A program made the position numbers and the translations under genes. This document shows, one piece after another, positions 1-7,388 of a DNA stretch of 22,384 nucleotides (position 1 is its first letter; every line of letters begins with the position of its first letter). The stretch is from Promethearchaeota archaeon Loki_b32 (GTDB lineage Archaea; Asgardarchaeota; Lokiarchaeia; Sigyniarchaeales; SOKP01): NCBI GenBank assembly GCA_005223125.1, contig NJBH01000047.1:1-22384 (forward strand), written 5' to 3'. Under the pieces are notes generated by a model. The model was not told where the DNA came from, searched no databases, and worked only from the letters and a program-made list of their open reading frames with translations.

Positions 1-262
1 CAGCAAAACCGCGTTCCTGACCGACGATGAACGGATCAGCAGCCGTGCCGCCATGCCCCACCACTCCGTTATGTATCCCAAATCTTCCGCTTGTCAATGC
101 AGATCGCGATGGGAGACAGGGAGCGTCGGTAACGTAGCAATGCTCAAACGTAACGCCTTCCGAGGCAATTTTGTCAATGGTGGGCGAAGTATTGCGATGA
201 TAGCCGTAGCAGCCCAGATGGTCTGCCCGGGTGGTGTCTATATCAAGATACAAAACGCGCAT
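1..262 (-). CDS. Sulfatase (formylglycine-dependent), N-terminal part; runs off the left edge of the window
   Basis: Hand translation from the ATG at 262 gives [72 protein letters not shown]. It has the N-terminal D-x-x-R-x-D-x-L-G-x-Y-G motif and the CxPxR (CLPSR) plus ALxSGR sulfatase signature. Not in the ORF track. Confidence 0.92.
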   Translation of the reverse strand, partial: MRVLYLDIDTTRADHLGCYGYHRNTSPTIDKIASEGVTFEHCYVTDAPCLPSRSALTSGRFGIHNGVVGHGGTAADPFIVGQERGFA

Positions 263-309
263 CAATCATCTCCTTTTTCTGCGTTCACTACTTCAAGCAA
301 TGCTTTCAT

Positions 310-1206
310 CTATCCGATGGCATAGCCCCTTCCTATATATGACCAGGGTATGTCTTTTACCATGTTTGGCCCGTGGTCCGGGATCAGAATGCCTTTGAAG
401 CCGGACTCTTTATATGCGCGCATGGCTTTATACATATCGGTGTCGCCGGAGTCAATGAAAGACTCGCGGAATTTCGGGACTGTGCCCACAACATCCCGAA
501 AATGAACGTAGAAGATTTTCTTGCCAAAATACCGGATGACCTCGCAGACATCCTCCCCCATTTCCGCCCAGCAGCCCTGGCAGAACTCAAGCCCGTTATA
601 GTCGCTGTCAACGATTTCAGTGCCCCTCTTAAACGCCTCGAAGCTCCCGAATATTCTTGCGATCCCGCCCAATGACTCCACTGGCGGATCATCTGGATGA
701 AGGGCCATCCTGACGCCTGCTTCCTCGGCAACAGGCGCTACCGCCTTTATAAAGCGAGTGTAGTTATCCCACATTTCCTCCGCGGTATACTCCCGACCGT
801 GAGTTAGCGGCCTATCCTTCGCTTCATCATAGTCAAAGCTTGTAGCGGTGGCGTCGCCTCTATCCTTAGCAGGCGTTGTACGCCAAACGGAATTGGGCAC
901 CCAATGATAGCCGAAAACAGGTACACCCGCCTTTCCCATATTGCGGATAGTGTTCTGCATACATTCGATCTGCTCGTCGCGTTCGGGCAGGCCCAGCATT
1001 GCTCCCTCATAGAAATGCTTTGGAACATTCTCAATAGCGCCCAGCCGCAGACACGCGCCTTCCACACTCCTGCGAAGGTTCAGGAGATCATCGAACTCCC
1101 ATTGCTTTTCGCCTGGCAATCTAGGCGTATGGATAACGACGTCGTCCACTCCAAGCTGTTTGATAAACTTTAGTCTGTCTTCGTTCAAATTCTTCTCCTC
1201 TCTCAC
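310..1206 (-). CDS. uxuA: Mannonate dehydratase (UxuA family); native N-terminus missing and C-terminus cut by an in-frame TAG
   Basis: Motifs include AIENVP, MALHPDDPP, NGLEFCQG, KIFYVHFRDV, FIDSGDTDM and LIPDH. The first ~6 residues (MREEKN) come from the neighbouring low-GC gene. Past the TAG at 310-312 the frame continues as [15 protein letters not shown] to a TGA at 262-264. Confidence 0.88.
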   Translation of the reverse strand: MREEKNLNEDRLKFIKQLGVDDVVIHTPRLPGEKQWEFDDLLNLRRSVEGACLRLGAIENVPKHFYEGAMLGLPERDEQIECMQNTIRNMGKAGVPVFGYHWVPNSVWRTTPAKDRGDATATSFDYDEAKDRPLTHGREYTAEEMWDNYTRFIKAVAPVAEEAGVRMALHPDDPPVESLGGIARIFGSFEAFKRGTEIVDSDYNGLEFCQGCWAEMGEDVCEVIRYFGKKIFYVHFRDVVGTVPKFRESFIDSGDTDMYKAMRAYKESGFKGILIPDHGPNMVKDIPWSYIGRGYAIG

Positions 1207-1366
1207 TCACTACATAATTATACCCATTCTCATCAATTTCAATATGAGGAGTACCAAATCCATCACTAGAAGCACGAACGGAAAGCAAATGACTTGGAGC
1301 GTGGATTTTTTTCCCGTATTCCCTTACTTTTTTCCTAATTGTAGAAATAGAATAGATTTTAACCAT
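1121..1366 (-). pseudogene. Immunity protein Imm63-like gene, truncated after about residue 66 at the GC junction
   Basis: The segment SSDGFGTPHIEIDENGYNYVVSERGEEFERRQTK matches my recollection of the Imm63 pattern (PHIE..YxYVVxERG.E..RR.T). The expected helical C-terminal half is replaced by out-of-frame uxuA sequence. Confidence 0.65.
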
Positions 1367-1428
1367 GAGATCTATATAGTTATTGAAATTAAAAAATGTT
1401 AGTTAACAATTTTTAACTCCTTTTCGTC

Positions 1429-1455
1429 TTTTCCACTAAATTTCCATTGAAATCA
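1429..1455 (+). repeat. Degenerate partial copy of the 49-bp repeat
   Basis: ttttccactaaatttccattgaaatca matches the first 27 nt of the copy at 3428 at 22/27 positions. It lies between the Imm63-like gene and the first GNAT. Confidence 0.4.
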
Positions 1456-1474
1456 TTAAAATAATAATACGAAC

Positions 1475-2107
1475 TTATTCTGGTTTTCTTAACATACACC
1501 AAAGAGGTACATCGGTTTCAGGGATTATTGCATGTTCAAGTATTTCGAATCCATATTTCTGGTAAATGGACATAGCTTTTTCTGTATTTGTTTCCACATA
1601 AATCGGTAATCCATCGCTCTCAATTGTTTTTAGCATAGTACTTATTAATAATCCCCCATATCCTTTTCCTTGTTCTTCTGGTTTAACGGCAATATTTTGA
1701 AAATACCAATGGTCATAAGGTGCAAGGTCTCTATGTCTCTCTTCCTCATACTTAAAAACTGTCATAGTTCTTTTCATTGCTTTTAGTTTTAAACCTACTT
1801 TACGCATTGTATAAAAACCTCCATATCTCATCATAGTCCAAGTAGATGGATATGTTTTATTGGGAGGAAGCCATATTGTAATTCCTTCTAAGTTCTTAGA
1901 AGTTGCATAAGCTAGTCCATGTTTTATTCCGTACTTATAGAGCATATAAAATCCATATTGTACTTTTTCCTTTCTTTCTTTCTCATCTGGATATGCAAAT
2001 ATCGTGACGGGATCATTTTGAAAAGCACTACCTGCCACTTTACATGCCTTTTCAACATAGTCTGGTGTTAATTTAAAAAGATTGTCTAAATCATTATTCA
2101 TATTCAT
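1475..2107 (-). CDS. GNAT family N-acetyltransferase
   Basis: HWYFQNIAVKPEEQGKGYG is the acetyl-CoA motif A (QxxGxG); YVETNTEKAMSIYQKYGF is motif B. The likely start is the ATG at 2107, about 25 nt below a TATA-like ttataat, not the TTG at 2152. Confidence 0.9.
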   Translation of the reverse strand: MNMNNDLDNLFKLTPDYVEKACKVAGSAFQNDPVTIFAYPDEKERKEKVQYGFYMLYKYGIKHGLAYATSKNLEGITIWLPPNKTYPSTWTMMRYGGFYTMRKVGLKLKAMKRTMTVFKYEEERHRDLAPYDHWYFQNIAVKPEEQGKGYGGLLISTMLKTIESDGLPIYVETNTEKAMSIYQKYGFEILEHAIIPETDVPLWCMLRKPE

Positions 2108-2283
2108 ATAAGAATTTAAAAAAAATTCAATTATAATAAATTTGTAGACCAATATTTATAAAAATTCTATAATTTCTTTATTCAATTAGGTCAAGAATTC
2201 CAGTAATCCTCTAATTTGGCATGCACTCATTATAGAAAGGCATTATAAGAATTCTTATTAGAATAAATTATCATATCTTAACA

Positions 2284-2332
2284 TTTTCAAAGGATTTTTC
2301 ATTGAAATCAGACTCTGAATTTACCTTTCCAT
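2284..2332 (+). repeat. 49-bp direct repeat, copy 1
   Basis: ttttcaaaggatttttcattgaaatcagactctgaatttacctttccat is 48/49 identical to 3428-3476. A partial restart (tttcaaagga) follows at 2338-2347. Confidence 0.95.
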
Positions 2333-2506
2333 TCCAATTTCAAAGGAAATTATGATAAAATTATTTTATTAATGATACGTTGGAATGTAATAAATCTAAA
2401 TGAGAAAATTAACAAATCTGTAAAACTATAAAACGACTCTTATATAACATATTATCTTAATTTGTTTACAATATATTATATTATAATTGTGGGCAAAACT
2501 TTAGAA

Positions 2507-3346
2507 GTGAAACAATTTATAACTATCCTTAAAAACCCAAATCAATCTGAAATTGAACATGCAATTGAGTTCAATCTTTATGAATTTTTTAGATCGATGA
2601 TATATATCGATCTCGAAGATATCCAATATGAAGAGACTGAGGAGTTCTCCAGATTCTCTACAGGGATCCCATTTTTTTTTTTTAATGGGGTGATAGATTG
2701 TCATATTTCCTCAGAAAATGCTATTAAAAAGATGAAGGAAAACATCACTTTTTTTGAAAAGAAACAAGTTCCCTTTCTTTGGGTGCTTGGTCCATCAAGC
2801 ACTCCTAAAAATATGGGAGAGTTATTAATCAAAAATGGATTCATCCTTGACAAGCTTCAGGGAATGGCTTACAACCTAAAAATTTTGAGCACAGAAAGTG
2901 AACTTTTAAACAAGGTAGAGATAATAAAGATTGAAAATATGGAAACTTTAAGAGTATGGAATGACATAATTTTAACTGGTTTTGCATTTCCAAAAGAAGT
3001 TCGATCTGATTTTTTTTACGAGGCTTTCTCATTTATACTTTTGAGCGATAAGGCCTCTGCAAGTGCATTCTTAGCATATTATGATGGAAATCCTGTTGCC
3101 TCTTCATTAGTATTGTATAAAGCAGGTGTTGCAGGCATTCATATAGTTACTACATTAGAAGAAGCACGTGGTAAAGGGATCGGCACTGCGATAACTCTTG
3201 CTCCACTAAACGAGGCTAAGAAATTAGGATATGAGACTGCAATTCTTCACTCAACTGAGATGGGTTTAAATATGTATAAACAGATGGGTTTTAAGGAATA
3301 CTGCACAATATCTTTGTTTATATGGCAGCCCGGTTCAAAAGAATAA
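2507..3346 (+). CDS. GNAT family N-acetyltransferase (N-terminal extra domain plus C-terminal GNAT)
   Basis: AGIHIVTTLEEARGKGIG is motif A; ILHSTEMGLNMYKQMGF is motif B. The likely start is the GTG at 2507, downstream of a ttataatt box (ORF track start 2462). Confidence 0.9.
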   Translation: MKQFITILKNPNQSEIEHAIEFNLYEFFRSMIYIDLEDIQYEETEEFSRFSTGIPFFFFNGVIDCHISSENAIKKMKENITFFEKKQVPFLWVLGPSSTPKNMGELLIKNGFILDKLQGMAYNLKILSTESELLNKVEIIKIENMETLRVWNDIILTGFAFPKEVRSDFFYEAFSFILLSDKASASAFLAYYDGNPVASSLVLYKAGVAGIHIVTTLEEARGKGIGTAITLAPLNEAKKLGYETAILHSTEMGLNMYKQMGFKEYCTISLFIWQPGSKE

Positions 3347-3427
3347 GTTAAAACTTAAATTTTTCCTAATAAAATATATTTAAAAAAGCCAAGAAATCAT
3401 AAAATCTAATTATTTTTTTATTTAGTT

Positions 3428-3476
3428 TTTTCAAAGGAATTTTCATTGAAATCAGACTCTGAATTTACCTTTCCAT
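3428..3476 (+). repeat. 49-bp direct repeat, copy 2
   Basis: ttttcaaaggaattttcattgaaatcagactctgaatttacctttccat; 48/49 identical to copy 1 and in the same orientation. Confidence 0.95.
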
Positions 3477-3584
3477 GCAATTTGTAAAACCAAAAATAAT
3501 ATATTAACTTATTTTTTGACAGTATACTATAAAAGAATTTATTATAATCATAAAAAAATGTTTTTATATATTCTACTGTTTATT

Positions 3585-3652
3585 ATAGGTCTCCCCTTGC
3601 CATGGCTATGAATTTATCATAGGGAGCCTCCATGACAAGGGGTATAACCTAT
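3585..3652. ncRNA. Putative structured RNA element (long GC-rich stem-loop)
   Basis: Nested pairings are ataggt/acctat, ccccttg/caagggg, catgg/ccatg and ctatga/tcatag, with loop attta and a 7-nt bulge ggagcct. It is GC-rich within very AT-rich DNA. On the + strand it has a TATA-like tttttatata (3561-3570) upstream and a T7 tract (3655-3661) downstream. Confidence 0.5.
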
Positions 3653-3746
3653 GGTTTTTTTATGGCTTTTTCTGTTGTCGAGATCAAGGGGACGAAAGGT
3701 TGGTAGATGGCTTTACTTAAGGTGTTGAGCTTAATTACTCTTAATT

Positions 3747-4064
3747 TTATTCATAGATATGAAGTGGCCTAGAATTTCTTCCAGGTATTTGAATATTATT
3801 AAATTTCATAGTGTAATCACAATTCCATTCATAATGCTTATTTTTTTTCAGGTCAAACTTAGTGCTTTTTTCAATAATTGATTCGATAGATTTTAATTCT
3901 CTTTTTATTAATTCCATGCTAATTATCGATGTATTACAATTCCATTTATAGATTTTTTGTTTATTTTCGAATATTTTCCCAAAATATATAGAATTTTCTT
4001 CACAATCATGGCAAATAAATCTTCCATAAGAGTATACGGCTTTACAAGCAGGACATTTTATCAT
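3747..4064 (-). CDS. Hypothetical Zn-ribbon protein with two YxWNC repeats
   Basis: It has CPAC-x10-CHDC at the N-terminus and the repeats YKWNCN and YEWNCD. A GAGGT SD-like site lies upstream of the ATG. Confidence 0.75.
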   Translation of the reverse strand: MIKCPACKAVYSYGRFICHDCEENSIYFGKIFENKQKIYKWNCNTSIISMELIKRELKSIESIIEKSTKFDLKKNKHYEWNCDYTMKFNNIQIPGRNSRPLHIYE

Positions 4065-4113
4065 TTTTATCTTACCTCATACTAATTTTTTTTATTTTGT
4101 TATATCATCAATA

Positions 4114-4335
4114 TTAAATTTCTAATACAGCTTCATATAAACGTGGCTTTCTATTATTGTGTATTTTTAATTTCTCCGGCATGGTTTTTTGAATTCTTTT
4201 TATAACTTTTATTAAAGCGTTAGAACTGCTATAACCCATTGCCATTGACCACTCTGCTACCGAAGATCTTCCAATTTCTTTTAATTTATCTAAACACATC
4301 TGCTCATATGTCCTATATATTTTTTGTAAAGTCAT
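4114..4335 (-). CDS. Small basic putative winged-helix DNA-binding protein (73 aa)
   Basis: The pattern LDKLKEIGRSSVAEWSMAMGYSSSNALIKVIKRI...KPRLYEA resembles a wHTH with a C-terminal wing. The likely start is the ATG at 4335 after gaaggga (track start 4392). Confidence 0.6.
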   Translation of the reverse strand: MTLQKIYRTYEQMCLDKLKEIGRSSVAEWSMAMGYSSSNALIKVIKRIQKTMPEKLKIHNNRKPRLYEAVLEI

Positions 4336-4411
4336 ACTTATCCCTTCAAATTTTAATTTTTGAATAGTTTTAATTTTAACCTTCTTTTCCAAGAGAATTT
4401 TTTTTTACTTG

Positions 4412-4427
4412 TGGGAATTGTTTCCCA
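4412..4427. promoter_or_regulatory. Inverted repeat, putative operator of the wHTH operon
   Basis: tgggaa-ttgt-ttccca is a perfect 6-4-6 palindrome just downstream (minus strand) of a TATATAAA box at ~4439-4446. Confidence 0.4.
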
Positions 4428-4720
4428 TTCTAAGATATTTTATATATGATTGATTATCATCCTATTTAAATATTCGGTAAACATTTTTTAGTTTTTTGTA
4501 TATTTTGTAAAATAAAAGACATTTTGAATTTGTTTTTCTAAACAATATGTCTATTATCGAAGCTTTTTGTGAACTAAATTTTAAGGATTGAAATAATACT
4601 AAAATATTTTACTATTTTTATTGAACAATTTTTAAATTTTAAATTTTTAAATAAGAAATGATTAGATTTAGAGAAAATTGACAAATTAATAAAATTCTTT
4701 TTGATCAAAGAGATCTCATA

Positions 4721-5212
4721 TTATTTTTTTTTCCCTTCTTTATCTATTAAATCCACAAAAGAACTAGCTTCTTTAATGATATTTAATACAAAATGAGTAT
4801 TTGTGCGCTCTACATTAGGAGATTTATGAATTTCCTTTATCATTTTACTTAATTCTTCTCGTGATTTAAATCTTGCTAATATGAGAGCATCGTAAGTTCC
4901 TGTGATATCATAAACGCCAAAAACGTTAGGATTCTCAGCAATCTTTTCTTCTACTTCAAACATTTTTCCTTTAGAAATGGTTACTTCAATAATAGCCATG
5001 ATTTCATAACCCAATTTTTCATAATCAATTTGAACACCATAATTCTTTATGATACCGTCCTTCTCTAAATCATTAATATGTTTAATTATTGTATTTGGCG
5101 AACGTTTTAGATCCTCAGCAATGGTGCTTTTATTTTTACGACTATCAATACTTAGAATTTTTAGAATTTCAAGGTCTAATTCATCAATATTACTATTTTT
5201 AATACTTGTCAT
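4721..5212 (-). CDS. Lrp/AsnC family transcriptional regulator
   Basis: N-terminal IDELDLEILKIL...IAEDL HTH, LEKDGII..Y...IDYEKLG linker, and VYDITGTYD RAM domain. Confidence 0.95.
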   Translation of the reverse strand: MTSIKNSNIDELDLEILKILSIDSRKNKSTIAEDLKRSPNTIIKHINDLEKDGIIKNYGVQIDYEKLGYEIMAIIEVTISKGKMFEVEEKIAENPNVFGVYDITGTYDALILARFKSREELSKMIKEIHKSPNVERTNTHFVLNIIKEASSFVDLIDKEGKKK

Positions 5213-5286
5213 CTATTAATATTGTATTTTATATATTAATAAAGATAACGGATTTTTTTCATTCACCGACAAAAACTATTTTATTA

Positions 5287-5315
5287 TTTTCATAAAATGT
5301 AACATTTCTTGAAAA
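5287..5315. promoter_or_regulatory. Imperfect 29-bp palindrome upstream of the glnA TATA box (putative regulator binding site)
   Basis: ttttca-ta-aaatgt-a-acattt-ct-tgaaaa pairs at 12/14 arm positions. A TATA-like ttttaagta follows at ~5327-5335. Confidence 0.45.
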
Positions 5316-5392
5316 AAATCACATGGTTTTTAAGTATGATTGCATATCATTTATTATATTAATATTAAAAGAAGATTATTATTTGATTATAT

Positions 5393-6745
5393 ATGATTGA
5401 TAAAAGAGATCCTAAAAGGAAGGAATTATGTGAAGCTGTAATAGAGAAGATTAAAGAGGAAGATATTAAATTTATATATCTCCAATTTACGGATATTCAT
5501 GGGCTTATTAAATCTTTTGAAATTAATGCAACAAGAATAGAAGATATATTTGAATTAGGGGCAAGTTTTGATGGAAGTTCAATAACAGGCTATGGAGCGA
5601 TCGAAGAAAGTGATAAAGTCGCGCTTCCTGATCCAAGCACATTTTATCTTTTACCATGGAGAAAAAAGAACAAAGTTGCTAGGGTGATCTGTGATATCTA
5701 TAAACCCGATGGTGAACGATATGAAGGAGACCCTCGTGGAATATTACATAGAGCCGTTAAGAAAGCAAAAGAATTAGGTTATACTTTTAATTGTGCCCCA
5801 GAAATGGAATTCTTTATACTAACACCAGACACCGAACAAGCATTTAAGCCATCAGATATGAGGGGGTATTTCGATTATGATCCTTATGACATTAATGAAA
5901 TGATAAGATATAGGATAGCGGAATATTGTGATGCAATGGGAATTTCTGTGGAGTGTATCCATCACGAAGTAGCATTCGGTCAGCATGAGGTAGATTTCCG
6001 ATATGGTGAAGCTATCAATACAGCAGATAATACGATAACAATTAAAACGATTGTTAAAACAGTTTCAGCTCAACATAATCTACTAGGAACTTTTATGCCA
6101 AAACCTTTTGAAGGAATTAATGGATCTGGAATGCATGTACACCAATCTCTCTGGAAGAATGGAAATAATATCTTTTATGACGAAAATGACAGAGATAATA
6201 TTTCACTTTTAATGAAAAAATGGATTGCAGGGCAATTAAAACATGCTCGTGCAATGTGTGCTGTTTTAAGTAGTTGGCCAAACTCCTACAAAAGATTAGT
6301 TCCCGGATATGAGGCACCCGTTTACCTAGCTTGGGGTTTTAGAAATAGATCTCCTCTTATTAGAGTGCCTGATTTTCATGGAAGACCGAATGCTGCGAGA
6401 TGTGAGATTAGATGCCCGGATCCTTCTGGAAATCCTTATTTACAATTCAGTGTATTGATTTCAGCAGGATTGGATGGTATTTTGTCAGATGATATCGAAA
6501 TTACTGAACCTACAGATAGAAATGTATATCATCTTTCCTCAAAAGAGATGGAAAAAGAAGGAATAATTTCTTTACCAGGAAGTCTTAATGAAGCATTGAA
6601 AGAATTTAAAAATTCAGAATTAATGAAAGAACTATTTGGTGAATTAGCATTTAAAAATTATTATTATGCGAAACTTGAAGAGTACGATGCTTACAGAGTC
6701 GTCGTAAGTGAATGGGAGAGAAACAGATATATAACTCATTTATAA
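5393..6745 (+). CDS. glnA: Glutamine synthetase type I
   Basis: Motifs FDGSSI..Y..IEESD, PEMEFF, HHEVAFGQHE, TFMPKP..GINGSGMHVH, SYKRLVPGYEAP, NRSPLIRVP and EIRCPD..NPYL. Confidence 0.96.
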   Translation: MIDKRDPKRKELCEAVIEKIKEEDIKFIYLQFTDIHGLIKSFEINATRIEDIFELGASFDGSSITGYGAIEESDKVALPDPSTFYLLPWRKKNKVARVICDIYKPDGERYEGDPRGILHRAVKKAKELGYTFNCAPEMEFFILTPDTEQAFKPSDMRGYFDYDPYDINEMIRYRIAEYCDAMGISVECIHHEVAFGQHEVDFRYGEAINTADNTITIKTIVKTVSAQHNLLGTFMPKPFEGINGSGMHVHQSLWKNGNNIFYDENDRDNISLLMKKWIAGQLKHARAMCAVLSSWPNSYKRLVPGYEAPVYLAWGFRNRSPLIRVPDFHGRPNAARCEIRCPDPSGNPYLQFSVLISAGLDGILSDDIEITEPTDRNVYHLSSKEMEKEGIISLPGSLNEALKEFKNSELMKELFGELAFKNYYYAKLEEYDAYRVVVSEWERNRYITHL

Positions 6746-6790
6746 TTTTTTTTCTTCGAATTTAAAAACAAGATCTAAATCTACAAATAA

Positions 6791-7042
6791 CTAAAAAAGG
6801 TCGGGGTACATCTTTTCAATATTTTCCATCGTTTCAGTAAACAAATTATACAATATAATGTTATCATATACGAGTGTATTTTCAAGAATGTAATCTAAAA
6901 TTTCATTAGCTAGTTTCCTATCCTTTTTGGGCTCAATTTCTTTTTTAGATTTAAACAAAATTTTAAATTCGTCTATCAACCATACCAATTCTTTTCTCAA
7001 ACTTTCCTCTAATACTTGATAATATTTGATACTAACTTCCAT
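6791..7042 (-). CDS. Hypothetical small helical protein
   Basis: 83-aa ORF with a GAGGT SD-like site upstream of the ATG. It fills the gap convergent to glnA. Confidence 0.7.
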   Translation of the reverse strand: MEVSIKYYQVLEESLRKELVWLIDEFKILFKSKKEIEPKKDRKLANEILDYILENTLVYDNIILYNLFTETMENIEKMYPDLF

Positions 7043-7388
7043 TAAAATACCTCAACCCATTAATTTATTTGTAAACTTCCTTTTTCTTTATATTAAATGA
7101 ATTGAAATGGCTATTTATAATTTTTATAGACCAATTTTTGTATAAATTTAGATTTGAATAGAAATTCACAGTAGAAAACACTTAATCTATTTCTATCGTT
7201 TCTATAGATACACGAAGATACCATTAGATTTTTATCAAGGTTATTGAACAATATTCTAAAAGTATACTTATATTTAGCAAGATTAATTTTGACCTATATT
7301 TTATTATGAAAAATTGTTATAAGTTTTTTAAAAAATTGTTTATTATTTCTTGTAATCTATAAATTTAGAAAAAAAGTGTAAATTAATT

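Noticed and set aside
53-1402. Track ORFs 53..325+, 373..675+, 384..731-, 804..1067-, 904..1173+ and 1160..1402+
   Set aside because: They are shadow or alternate-frame ORFs overlapping the sulfatase, uxuA and Imm63-like genes, with no motifs of their own.
2245-2258. Perfect 14-bp palindrome ataagaattcttat
   Set aside because: It is a single AT-rich occurrence, not clearly positioned relative to a promoter, and could be chance.
2436-2462. dif-like Xer site (cttatataa-cata-ttatcttaa)
   Set aside because: The spacer length is wrong (4 instead of 6) and the arm match is weak in AT-rich DNA.
2284-3476. CRISPR array
   Set aside because: Only two full copies exist, 1.1 kb apart, with no regular spacers and no cas genes.
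2284-3652. Canonical integron attC sites (the 49-bp repeat or the 3585-3652 hairpin)
   Set aside because: There is no RYYYAAC...GTTRRRY core arrangement, the two GNAT genes are divergent, and no IntI is present.
3585-3652. SECIS element or tRNA
   Set aside because: The AUGA is Watson-Crick paired rather than forming a GA/GA kink core, the upstream genes have no in-frame TGA, and there is no cloverleaf or T-loop.
4450-4720. Low-complexity AT tract with ttttaaa tandem units
   Set aside because: It is ordinary AT-rich intergenic DNA with no consistent period or ORF.
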